Source: Clostridia bacterium (lineage in GTDB: Bacteria > Bacillota > Clostridia > CAKSNL01 > HGM11501). Taken from it: DNA of 64,000 bases. Positions 1-8,870 of this stretch are shown here, in pieces. The stretch is taken from the NCBI GenBank assembly GCA_045545475.1, contig JAZQAZ010000018.1, positions 1 to 64,000 of the forward strand, written 5' to 3'. The notes beneath the pieces are model-generated. The model worked only from the letters and a program-made list of their open reading frames with translations, had not been told where the DNA came from and made no database searches. Both the position numbers and the translations under genes were made by a program. How positions within the stretch are numbered: the first letter of the stretch is position 1; the number at the start of each line of letters is the position of its first letter.

Positions 1-1676
1 CAACGCTTGTAAATTCTCTCTATGAAGACACTTCCGTACAGGTCGAAAGCTTTGTCACAAATCAGGACGGTGAATGTGTTGCTAAAGCATCGGCTGACGG
101 TGAAATTGCCTCACGTGAAAAAAACACACTCAAATACAGCTGCAAAGTCACTCATCCCCTTCTCTGGGACTGCGAAAGCCCCAATCTTTACAGCATAAAA
201 ACAGTTGTTATCAGAAACGGTGAAGAAGTTGACGAAAGTCACACTCGAATCGGCTTTCGAACAGTTGAAGTGTCTGTTGAAAAAGGGCTTCTCCTGAACG
301 GCAAAAAAACAATTATAAAGGGAGTCTGCTCTCATCAGGATTTCGGTCTTACAGGTCTTGCAGTACCCGACAATATTGCACGTTACAAAGTAAAGCTCAT
401 AAAGGAAATGGGCGCAAACGGCTACCGCACAAGCCACTATCAGCAGACAGAAAGCTATATGGATGCTTTTGACGAAATGGGTTTTCTTGTAATGGACGAG
501 GCAAGATGGTTCGAAAGCACAAATGAAGCTCTCATGCAGCTTGATAGTCTTGTAAAGCGTGACCGCAACAGACCAAGCGTTATTTTCTGGTCAACAGGCA
601 ACGAAGAACCGACCCAGGTAACAGAAACAGGCAAAAACATTCACAGAGCAATTTACGCCCATATAAGAAAACTTGATAAAACACGTATTATCATGTCCGC
701 ACAGGACAAAAAGCCGGAAAATTCAACAGTGTTTGAATACAGCGATATAATCGGCATAAACTACAATCTTGACTCATACGACAAGGTACACGAAAATCAT
801 CCCGATAAGGCTATAGTTGCCTCGGAATGCTGTGCCGTCGGAAGAACACGCGACTGGAATTTTGACTCAAATTCACTCGGACGGCTGCGTGATATTGACA
901 CAGACGCCAACGAATGGTTCCTCGGCAGAGAAAAAACATGGAAGTTCCTCATGTCAAGACCTTATGTTATCGGTGCGTATCAGTGGGCGGCAGTCGAACA
1001 CAGAGGAGAAGCCGTATGGCCGGCTCTTTGCTCAAAATCAGGTGCACTTGATTTGTTCCTGCAGAAGAAAGGCGCATTCTATCAGAATAAATCCCATTGG
1101 ACAAATGCACCTATGGCACACATAGTTCCTCATTGGAATTTTAGCGGTCTTGAAGGACAGGAAATCCCCGTAACAGTCTACACAAACTGCGATGAGCTTG
1201 AACTTTTCCTCAACGGAAAAAGCCTCGGCAGAAAGCAAATTGAAAAGTACGGACACGGTTTGTGGCTTGTGCCGTATGAAGCAGGCAAATTAGAGGTCAA
1301 TGGGTACATTGGCGGAAAAATATGTGTAACCGATGAAAGACAAACAACAGGAAAACCAGAAAAGCTCCGTCTTACACAGATTAACGAATTTGAATGTAAC
1401 GGAAAAGATATTGCCTTGTTTACCTGCGAATGTCTTGACAGCGAAGGAAGAGCTGTTCCCGATGCATCAGAGCTTGTACGCTTCTCTGTATCCTCCCCTG
1501 CCGTAATTATCGGAACCGGCTCTGACAACTGCGACCCTTTAAATGTGTCAAATCCCGAGCGCAGAATGTACATGGGCAAAATAACCGTTGCCGTAAAGCC
1601 TGCGAAAAATACAGGGTTTACACTCACCGCATACAGCGGAAACTGCAAAAGCGATATTTTAGTTGCAAAAGTATAG
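1..1676 (+). CDS. Glycoside hydrolase family 2 (beta-galactosidase/glucuronidase-like), 5'-truncated by window edge
   Basis: Frame open from nt 3 (..HPLLWDCESPNLY..RIGFRTV); GH2 motifs KGVCSHQD, YRTSHY, RDRNRPSVIFWSTGNEE (acid/base) and ASECC (nucleophile region). Confidence 0.92.
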   Translation, partial: TLVNSLYEDTSVQVESFVTNQDGECVAKASADGEIASREKNTLKYSCKVTHPLLWDCESPNLYSIKTVVIRNGEEVDESHTRIGFRTVEVSVEKGLLLNGKKTIIKGVCSHQDFGLTGLAVPDNIARYKVKLIKEMGANGYRTSHYQQTESYMDAFDEMGFLVMDEARWFESTNEALMQLDSLVKRDRNRPSVIFWSTGNEEPTQVTETGKNIHRAIYAHIRKLDKTRIIMSAQDKKPENSTVFEYSDIIGINYNLDSYDKVHENHPDKAIVASECCAVGRTRDWNFDSNSLGRLRDIDTDANEWFLGREKTWKFLMSRPYVIGAYQWAAVEHRGEAVWPALCSKSGALDLFLQKKGAFYQNKSHWTNAPMAHIVPHWNFSGLEGQEIPVTVYTNCDELELFLNGKSLGRKQIEKYGHGLWLVPYEAGKLEVNGYIGGKICVTDERQTTGKPEKLRLTQINEFECNGKDIALFTCECLDSEGRAVPDASELVRFSVSSPAVIIGTGSDNCDPLNVSNPERRMYMGKITVAVKPAKNTGFTLTAYSGNCKSDILVAKV

Positions 1677-1687
1677 ACCTTGTGTTA

Positions 1688-1716
1688 GAATAGATTTAAC
1701 AAAGTTAAATCTATTC
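1688..1716. repeat. Perfect 13-bp inverted repeat GAATAGATTTAAC-aaa-GTTAAATCTATTC
   Basis: Read directly; lies between the GH2 stop and the first AGCTAAATT unit; no U-tract follows. Confidence 0.85.
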
Positions 1717-1891
1717 AGCTAAATTCGCTTGGCAGCGAGCTAAATGTGCTGACGCACGCTAAATTACTTCGTAGCTAAATTGACCTGCGGTCAGCTATAA
1801 TGCGAATTTAATTTAGCTACTCCGAAGGAGTTATTTAGCTATGGAGCAAAGCGTAATAATTTAGCTTTGCAACTTGTTGCAAAATTTAGCT
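1717..1891. repeat. Structured array: 5 direct AGCTAAATT-type units then 4 inverted AATTTAGCT units, with short hairpin spacers
   Basis: Direct units at 1717, 1738, 1757/8, 1773 and 1793 (variant AGCTATAAT); inverted units at 1810, 1832, 1858 and 1883. Spacer hairpins: TCGCT-tggc-AGCGA, GTGC-tgac-GCAC, TAC-ttc-GTA, TGACC-tgc-GGTCA, ACTCC-gaa-GGAGT, TTTGCAA-cttg-TTGCAAA. Confidence 0.92.
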
Positions 1892-1917
1892 AAAAGAAAT
1901 TGATAGGATGTGAGTAT

Positions 1918-2286
1918 ATGGCAGAAAGCATAATGCTTGATAAAGCAAAAGATTTTGCAGTTGAAATTATAAATATGTGTAAAAATATCAAAGAAGCAAA
2001 AAGAGAAAGTGTTTTAACAAATCAGCTTATGCGTTCAGGTACATCAATTGGTGCAAATATTCACGAATCAAAATATGCTCACGGAACTGCTGATTTTATT
2101 TCAAAAATGCAAATATCTTTGAAAGAATGTTATGAGTCAGAGTATTGGCTGGAGCTTCTTAATAGAACAGGATATATTGATGATGAAAAATATAAAAAGA
2201 TATTAAATGATTGTGGACAAATTCGCAAAATGTTGATTTCATCAATAAATACAGTTAAAGAGAACTCTCAAAAAGGTGGTCTGTAA
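1918..2286 (+). CDS. Four helix bundle protein (TIGR02436 / 23S rRNA IVS-protein family, Avd-like fold)
   Basis: Signature QLMRSGTSIGANIHE...ADFISKMQISLKECYESEYWLELL; ATG at 1918 after AGGATG. Confidence 0.92.
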   Translation: MAESIMLDKAKDFAVEIINMCKNIKEAKRESVLTNQLMRSGTSIGANIHESKYAHGTADFISKMQISLKECYESEYWLELLNRTGYIDDEKYKKILNDCGQIRKMLISSINTVKENSQKGGL

Positions 2287-2609
2287 TGATAGGAAAAATA
2301 GTAAAAGTCATTGTTGATAGACCTAAAGGAAGTTTTCATCCCCAATATAAAGATATAGTTTATCCGCTTAATTATGGGTATGTTGATGGAGTCCTTGCAG
2401 GGGATGGAGAAGAACAAGACGTATATATTATGGGTATAGATTATCCTTTGGAAAAATTTGAAGGCGAGATTATTGCAATTATACATCGCATAAATGATAT
2501 AGAGGACAAATGGGTTGTAGCACCTAAAGGTAATAGATTTACTAAAGAAGAAATTATAGAAGCAACTGAATTTCAAGAAAAGTTTTTTAATATAGATGTT
2601 ATTGTTTAG
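2286..2609 (+). CDS. Small inorganic pyrophosphatase-family protein
   Basis: YPLNYGYVDG..AGDGEEQDVY..EDKWVV motifs; start overlaps upstream stop (TAATG). Confidence 0.8.
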   Translation: MIGKIVKVIVDRPKGSFHPQYKDIVYPLNYGYVDGVLAGDGEEQDVYIMGIDYPLEKFEGEIIAIIHRINDIEDKWVVAPKGNRFTKEEIIEATEFQEKFFNIDVIV

Positions 2610-2724
2610 TGGCATCTAAAACGTTCACTGATTCTAAAATAGATTTAGATTTAGAAAAATTGTGATAGCGTTTTCTGCCTGTATCTACAAAAAATTATAT
2701 TTATTAAAACGGAGCGAATATCCA

Positions 2725-3396
2725 ATGCGAATGGTTGCATTTAATTACGGAACTACTGAAATTACAGAGCAAATGGCTTTTCAAGGTGGAAGGGAAGAAA
2801 TAAAGATTCCTGTATCACTTCTGTTTTTCCTTATTGAATATGAAAACAGAAAAATATTAATCGACGTTGGATGTGACACAATGCCGGGATTTGAGCTGTT
2901 TAAGTTTGAAATGCCGGTAAAGGTTTTGGAAGAATACGGTGTTAAGCGAAATGAAATAACAGATGTGATAATTACCCATTCTCATCATGATCACATAGAT
3001 GCACTTTATAATTACACAGAGGCAACGGTGCATTTGCACGAAAGTGAACTTAAGCCTGCGGGCAGATATATAAAGGATATAAAACAAGTTGAAACTTTTG
3101 GAGATAGCGGGAAAATACTCGATAAAGTTGAAATAAAACATATCGGCGGCCATCTGCATCTGACAGGATCATCGGTTGTTTTGGTTGAATGTGGGAAATA
3201 TACATATGTTTTTTGCGGAGATGAATGCTATACCAAAGAGAATTTGCTGAAATGCAAAGTCACAGGAAGCAGTGTTTGCCCGGAAAAAAGCAAAAAATTC
3301 GTAGAGGAATACAGTAAAGAAAAATATATAACTGTGTTATTCCATGACCCTGATATTTTGCCGGAAATTGGGCATAAGGTGCTGTATGAAGATTGA
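2725..3396 (+). CDS. Metallo-beta-lactamase-fold hydrolase (AHL-lactonase-like)
   Basis: ILIDVG, ITHSHHDHID, GGH, FCGD, terminal FHDP; GGAG RBS at 2711. Confidence 0.82.
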   Translation: MRMVAFNYGTTEITEQMAFQGGREEIKIPVSLLFFLIEYENRKILIDVGCDTMPGFELFKFEMPVKVLEEYGVKRNEITDVIITHSHHDHIDALYNYTEATVHLHESELKPAGRYIKDIKQVETFGDSGKILDKVEIKHIGGHLHLTGSSVVLVECGKYTYVFCGDECYTKENLLKCKVTGSSVCPEKSKKFVEEYSKEKYITVLFHDPDILPEIGHKVLYED

Positions 3397-3448
3397 AATT
3401 TTCTCCTGACTCGACAAAATCATAAATAACAAAAGGAAGCGATAAATT

Positions 3449-4369
3449 ATGCGTATTGAAAGATTTTCCGTATGGGTAAATTGCTTTTTGCCCGATGAAA
3501 CTAAAACAACAGATATGGTGCAGGACGAAGAGAAACTTTACGAGGACAGAGGATTTCTTATGCTTCCCGACAGCTACACCGATGACGGCACTCCCACACG
3601 CCTTGTAATAAACTGCCACGGAGCAGGAGGAACTGTGACCACCGACGATGCCCAGGGAGAACATCAGGCGCTTACTCACTATTTGGTTGCAAACGGCTAT
3701 GCCGTTATGGACGTAAACGGTCTTCCGTATAAATACGCCGAAGAATACGGCATTGATTTAAGAAACAACATCGGAAGTCCTATTGCTGTAAGGTGTTATG
3801 TAAAGGCATACAATTACGTTATGGAGCATTATAACCTGCGGCCCCGTGTGTTTGTTCATGGCGGCTCTATGGGAGGAATATCAAGCACAAATCTTGTTCT
3901 ATCCGGTCAGATTCCGGTTATTGCACAGACGGGATTTTGCCCGGTACTTGATACATACAATGAAATTTTTCTTCATCCTTGGTGTTCCGGACTTCCTAAA
4001 TTCGCACTGGGAATAATTTATGGCCTTGACAAGGACGAAACAGGAGAATATATTTATGATGAAGAAAAGGTTAAAGGCTTTAATCCTGTGGCCAACAAAA
4101 AAACAGAATGCTATCCTGTCCCTGTTAAGTTCTGGCAATGTAAAAACGATGGGACAGTAAGCTTTGCGGTTACAAAAGCTTTTGTTGACCGCATAAAGGA
4201 AAACGGCGGATATGCTGTTTTAAGAGCTTTTGAACAAGGCGGACATGAGCCTCAGCTGGTGGGAGAAATTCTTTCTGAAACCGCAGGAAAAAACATCTTT
4301 AACGGACACAAAATAGAGGTGAGAACAGCCGTTGAAGAAGCCTTTATATGGATAAGAAATTTTGACTGA
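3449..4369 (+). CDS. Alpha/beta-hydrolase (esterase/peptidase-like)
   Basis: CHGAGG oxyanion region, GGSMGG nucleophile elbow, DGTV and GGHE triad positions. Confidence 0.8.
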   Translation: MRIERFSVWVNCFLPDETKTTDMVQDEEKLYEDRGFLMLPDSYTDDGTPTRLVINCHGAGGTVTTDDAQGEHQALTHYLVANGYAVMDVNGLPYKYAEEYGIDLRNNIGSPIAVRCYVKAYNYVMEHYNLRPRVFVHGGSMGGISSTNLVLSGQIPVIAQTGFCPVLDTYNEIFLHPWCSGLPKFALGIIYGLDKDETGEYIYDEEKVKGFNPVANKKTECYPVPVKFWQCKNDGTVSFAVTKAFVDRIKENGGYAVLRAFEQGGHEPQLVGEILSETAGKNIFNGHKIEVRTAVEEAFIWIRNFD

Positions 4370-4382
4370 GCAGAGGTTAAAT

Positions 4383-4985
4383 ATGAGCGAATATGAAAAA
4401 TTGCATTCCGGAGAGTTGTATCTTCCGGGAGACGAGGAAATAATGAATGAGCAGTCAAAGTGCCTTGAAAAGCTCTATGACTTTAACAATACCCGTCCTT
4501 CTGAAATGGATAAAAGATGCACGCTTTTAAGAGAAATGTTTGCCGAAATCGGTAGCGGATGCTATATAGAGCCTCCTTTCCATGCCAACTGGGGAGGACA
4601 TCATGTGCATTTCGGTAAAAATGTGTATGCCAATTTCAACTTGACAATGGTAGACGATACACATATATACGTGGGAGATAATACCATGTTCGGCCCCAAC
4701 GTGACCGTGGCAACGGCTGGACATCCTGTTTTATCTGAGCTTCGCGAAAAAGGATATCAGTATAACGCACCCGTCAGAATCGGAAAAAACTGCTGGATAG
4801 GGGCGGGAGCACTTATTCTTCCTGGTGTAACAATCGGAGCTAACACGGTAATTGGTGCAGGAAGCGTTGTAACAAAAGACATTCCTGAAAATGTGGTTGC
4901 AGTAGGAAATCCCTGCAGAGTACTTCGGGAAATAGGTGAAAAGGATAAAAAGTATTATTTTAAGGACAGAGAAATAAAGCTTTGA
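4383..4985 (+). CDS. Sugar O-acetyltransferase (maltose/galactoside acetyltransferase family)
   Basis: EPPFHANWGG, NFNLTMVDD, hexapeptide repeats, VAVGNPCRV. Confidence 0.93.
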   Translation: MSEYEKLHSGELYLPGDEEIMNEQSKCLEKLYDFNNTRPSEMDKRCTLLREMFAEIGSGCYIEPPFHANWGGHHVHFGKNVYANFNLTMVDDTHIYVGDNTMFGPNVTVATAGHPVLSELREKGYQYNAPVRIGKNCWIGAGALILPGVTIGANTVIGAGSVVTKDIPENVVAVGNPCRVLREIGEKDKKYYFKDREIKL

Positions 4986-5001
4986 GCATTAGGAGGCAGT
5001 T

Positions 5002-5772
5002 ATGGACTTAAAGGAAAAGATAAGGGCGGGTAAAAGCATTTGCGGAACACTTGTTAACATTCCGGCCATGTGCATTGCTGAAATGATGGGGTATTTTGAT
5101 TATGACTATCTCTGGATTGATCTTGAACATTCGGCAATTACCCTTGACGTGTGCTATTCGCAGATAGTTGCGGCAAAGTCTGTCGGAAAGCAGGTCTTGA
5201 TACGAGTTCCTCAAAATGATCTGACATACACCAAAAAGGTTCTTGAGATGGGTCCTGACGGAATTATTTTCCCCATGGTGCGAAGTGCAAAGGAAGCGAA
5301 GGAGCTTCTTTCGTATACCTTGTACCCGCCCTACGGAAACAGGGGATGCGGCCCACAGCGTGCTGTGAGATACGGCGTAGACGATGAAATTCAATTCTTC
5401 AAGGAGGGACACGGCAACCTCTGCAGATTTCTGCAGATTGAATGTAAAACCTTTATTGACGAGATGGAAGAAATTGCGAAAAATCCTTTTGTTGACGGAT
5501 TTATTTTAGGACTTGCGGATTTGTCCGGCTCAATAAACGAAATCGGCGACTTTTTCGGAGAAAATAATCTTGCACTTGCAAAAAAGGCAATTGAAATTGC
5601 AACAAAACACGGTAAAATTGTTGGTTCGGCAACTCTTGCCACAGATGAAGAAACACTTAAAATGCTTCACGATATGGGGATAAAAATGATAACCTGCGGC
5701 TCTGACTTCAATTACATTGTAAATGGTGCAAAAAAGACTTATGAAGCAGTAAGCAGGGTTATAGGTAAATAA
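5002..5772 (+). CDS. HpcH/HpaI class II aldolase (2-keto-3-deoxy-sugar acid aldolase-like)
   Basis: WIDLEHS, LIRVP, LEMGPDGIIFPMV, YPPYGNRG, QIE, GLADLS. Confidence 0.9.
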   Translation: MDLKEKIRAGKSICGTLVNIPAMCIAEMMGYFDYDYLWIDLEHSAITLDVCYSQIVAAKSVGKQVLIRVPQNDLTYTKKVLEMGPDGIIFPMVRSAKEAKELLSYTLYPPYGNRGCGPQRAVRYGVDDEIQFFKEGHGNLCRFLQIECKTFIDEMEEIAKNPFVDGFILGLADLSGSINEIGDFFGENNLALAKKAIEIATKHGKIVGSATLATDEETLKMLHDMGIKMITCGSDFNYIVNGAKKTYEAVSRVIGK

Positions 5773-5786
5773 GGAGGAGTAGAAAA

Positions 5787-6875
5787 ATGGAATATTCCAA
5801 GCAGTTCAAATCTAAAAAAGAACTTATTCAAAGTAAAACGGTTTGTGTGGGTTTTGACGGATTTATAGATTATATTATCCGCCCGGTAGAGTCAAGACAG
5901 GACGAAGACAATTGCACATATTTTCCAACAATAGACAAGTTTGGCGAGAAAATCACAAGCCTTGCGGGAAGAAGCGGAAATGTTGAATTAATCATAACCA
6001 ACACGGATTTTGGCGGATGCGGTCCTCACTATGCCAATGGTCTTGCAAATATGGGCGTTTCGTGCACCTGTATCGGAGCTTTAGGTTATCCTGAAAAGAG
6101 CCCTGTTTTCAACTTAAACGAAAACTGCAAAACCATAACCGTCAGCGAACCGGGCTATTCCTATGTGTTTGAATTCGGCGACGGCAAAATTATAATGAGC
6201 GACATTGAAAAAATCAGCCGCCTTCGCTGGAGCGACCTTATAGAGCGCATCAGCATTGACGAAATGGTTGCATATTTTGAAAAGGCGGACATCATAACGC
6301 TTGTTAACTGGAGCTATCTTGTTCACTTCCACGAGATATACGAAAAGTTTTTAGAAACAGTTATGCCCCGTCTTAAAAAGAAGGATAGAAAGATATATAT
6401 CGATATTGCAGACTGTGCAAAAAGACAGCCTGAGGAGATAAAGGCGGCTCTTAAAATGTTCGGTAAATACTCTGCTTATGCTCCCACATATCTTGGATTA
6501 AATAAGAGCGAAGCAATGGTAATGCACTCTGTTTTATGCGAGGGGGAATACGAAGGCTCACTTACGATAGCAAGAGCGATTAAGGAATATTCCGGAATCG
6601 GCACGGTTATAATTCATCCTGTTGACAGCTCTGCTGCAGTATATGACGGCGGTGAGGTTGAAGTTTCGGGAATCCTTTGCGAAAAACCGAAAAAAACCAC
6701 AGGCGGCGGTGATAACTTCAATTCCGGTTTCTGCGCAGGACTTCTTGGCGAGCTTGATATAAAGAGCTGCCTTGTTTCGGGGATGACAACATCCTATCTC
6801 TATGTTAAAAACGGAAAGTGTAACAGCTTTGACGATATTGCAGAAACAATGAAAATGTACGACACTCAGGCGTAA
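5787..6875 (+). CDS. PfkB-family carbohydrate kinase
   Basis: C-terminal PfkB signature KTTGGGDNFNSGF; GFDGFID N-terminus. Confidence 0.85.
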   Translation: MEYSKQFKSKKELIQSKTVCVGFDGFIDYIIRPVESRQDEDNCTYFPTIDKFGEKITSLAGRSGNVELIITNTDFGGCGPHYANGLANMGVSCTCIGALGYPEKSPVFNLNENCKTITVSEPGYSYVFEFGDGKIIMSDIEKISRLRWSDLIERISIDEMVAYFEKADIITLVNWSYLVHFHEIYEKFLETVMPRLKKKDRKIYIDIADCAKRQPEEIKAALKMFGKYSAYAPTYLGLNKSEAMVMHSVLCEGEYEGSLTIARAIKEYSGIGTVIIHPVDSSAAVYDGGEVEVSGILCEKPKKTTGGGDNFNSGFCAGLLGELDIKSCLVSGMTTSYLYVKNGKCNSFDDIAETMKMYDTQA

Positions 6876-6896
6876 TATAGGACCAAAAATGCATAA

Positions 6897-6934
6897 TATA
6901 GCATCTTGAAAAAAGTTTTTCGGGATGCTATAAT
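6897..6934 (+). promoter_or_regulatory. SigA-type promoter (TTGAAA-17-TATAAT, extended TG) overlapped by inverted repeat
   Basis: TTGAAA 6906-6911, TATAAT 6929-6934; TATAGCATC 6897-6905 / GATGCTATA 6924-6932. Confidence 0.65.
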
Positions 6935-6958
6935 TATTTTAAGAGGAGGGGGATTTAT

Positions 6959-8869
6959 ATGTATAAGATAACAGTTCCCGTAATGAATTCCACGGTTACA
7001 AGAGTCGGAAGAGAAGAAAGCCTTAAGGAAATAGAAAAGTTTAAAGCAGCAAGGGTTCTTCTTGCTTTTGAAGATCTAAATGAAGATAAAGAAAAACGAG
7101 AAAAAGAATTTGACAACCTTAAAGTAAACACGGAGTTTTTTAAATCCTACGGTTATGAGGTTGGAGCTTGGATTGTGCCTCTCAATTCCAAAAACGAAGA
7201 TTATCAGGATATGATAAAGATAAACGGAAATCCCGTAAAAGGTCTTAAGTGTCCTTCCTGCGAAGGCTTCAGAGCTTTTGCGAGAGAATATTATAAGGGG
7301 CTTGCCGCATCGGGCGTTGATATGATTTTAATTGATGACGGCTTCCGCTACAGTATTTTAGGTGACGCTCCTGCTTGCTTGTGCCCATGGCACTTAAAGG
7401 AAATTGAAAGACTGACGGGCGAAGCAAAAACGAGGGAAGAGCTTCGTGAATATATAATAAAGGGCGGAAAGAACAAGTACCGTGATGCCTGGCTTACGGC
7501 TAACGGAAACGCTATGCGCCTATTTGCAAGCGATATGAGAAAAGCTGTAAACGAAGTTAATCCCAATGTGAGAATCGGTCTTTGTGCCTGCATGGGACAG
7601 TGGGATATTGACGGAGTTGATGCCTCCGAGCTTGTAAAGATTTTTGCGGGAGATACAAAGCCTTTCATGCGTTTCATCGGTGCACCTTACTGGGCTATAA
7701 ATAAAAGCTGGGGAAATCAGGTTCAGGATGCAATCGACCTTACAAGGGTTGAAAAATCCTGGATGAAGGATTCGGAAATTGAAGTTATTGCGGAGGGTGA
7801 CGTATGGCCTCGTCCGAGAACAGTCTGTCCCGCAAGCTATGCAGAGTGCTTTGATATGGCAGTTCGTGCATCGGGCTGTGCGGACGGCATGCTTAAATAC
7901 GGAATGGACTATTTTTCAAACACCGATTATGAACAGGGTTACGCTGCGGCATACCTTAGGAATCAACCGATATATGAAGCAATCGAAAAACACTTTGCCG
8001 ATAAGACACCGGTGGGCGTAAAGGTTTATGAGGTTGCCGCGAAGGTTTCTGATATGGTTCACCCCACAAAGGTAAATTCCGGTGCCGATATGACACGGGA
8101 TATGGAAATGATTTTCTTCCCCAAAGCATCAAGAACCTTTGCTTTCAATGCAATACCCACGGTTTATGAGGGAGAGGGCGAAGGAATGGTAACTGCAGTG
8201 TTTGACGAAAATGCAAGACACCTTCCGCTTTCTGAAATAGGAAAAGGCCTTATAATTGACATTGCCGCGGCTGAAATTTTAATGGAGCGCGGAGTAGATG
8301 TGGGAATAGAAGAAATCGGAAAAGCAGAATCGGCCGGCGGCGGAAACCACTATTACGGAACAGAACGCTTCCTTGAAAACAATAACGAAATAAGGGCGGA
8401 TGAAGCAACGGTTTACAACTTAAAGCTTAAAGACGGAGCCATCGTTTTAAGTGATACTGAAGTAATGGAAGGCAGAACACCTGTGTCATTCTTCTATGAA
8501 AATAAAGAAGGTCAAAGATTCCTTGTTCTTAATATAAATACCCGTTCGCCTAGAGATACTCTTCTTAAGCACTATGAAAGAGCAAGACAGTATCAAAAGG
8601 CGGTTAAGTGGATATATGGCGAAAGCCTGCCTGTTGAAATTTCGGGCCATCCCGCAGTTTATATGATTTGCAAAAAGGGAAAAGACGAAAGTCTTGCAAC
8701 CGGTCTTTGCAATCTTCACGCTGACGGAATTTACGATGCAGAAGCAATTCTTTCCGATGATTATAAGGAAATTGAATTTATAAACTGCAAAGGTAAACTT
8801 GAGGGAAGAAAGGTTTACATAGAAAAAATTGAAGCATTCTCCTTTGCGGGATTTGTATTGAAGAAGTAA
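6959..8869 (+). CDS. Hypothetical protein, probable glycoside-hydrolase-like TIM barrel
   Basis: 636-aa ORF with strong RBS; GVDMILIDDGFRY and CLCPWH segments resemble GH-like barrels; sugar locus context; family not recognised. Confidence 0.5.
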   Translation: MYKITVPVMNSTVTRVGREESLKEIEKFKAARVLLAFEDLNEDKEKREKEFDNLKVNTEFFKSYGYEVGAWIVPLNSKNEDYQDMIKINGNPVKGLKCPSCEGFRAFAREYYKGLAASGVDMILIDDGFRYSILGDAPACLCPWHLKEIERLTGEAKTREELREYIIKGGKNKYRDAWLTANGNAMRLFASDMRKAVNEVNPNVRIGLCACMGQWDIDGVDASELVKIFAGDTKPFMRFIGAPYWAINKSWGNQVQDAIDLTRVEKSWMKDSEIEVIAEGDVWPRPRTVCPASYAECFDMAVRASGCADGMLKYGMDYFSNTDYEQGYAAAYLRNQPIYEAIEKHFADKTPVGVKVYEVAAKVSDMVHPTKVNSGADMTRDMEMIFFPKASRTFAFNAIPTVYEGEGEGMVTAVFDENARHLPLSEIGKGLIIDIAAAEILMERGVDVGIEEIGKAESAGGGNHYYGTERFLENNNEIRADEATVYNLKLKDGAIVLSDTEVMEGRTPVSFFYENKEGQRFLVLNINTRSPRDTLLKHYERARQYQKAVKWIYGESLPVEISGHPAVYMICKKGKDESLATGLCNLHADGIYDAEAILSDDYKEIEFINCKGKLEGRKVYIEKIEAFSFAGFVLKK

Positions 8870-8870
8870 A

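Noticed and set aside
1780-1801. TTGACC and TATAAT inside the array as a promoter
   Set aside because: Spacing is only 10 nt, incompatible with sigma-A geometry.
1717-1891. Repeat array as a CRISPR array
   Set aside because: Repeats are only 8-9 bp, switch orientation midway, spacers are short self-complementary hairpins, and no cas genes are present.
1700-2700. Diversity-generating retroelement or 23S rRNA intervening sequence around the Avd-like gene
   Set aside because: No reverse transcriptase, no TR/VR pair differing at adenines, and no rRNA sequence recognised in the window.
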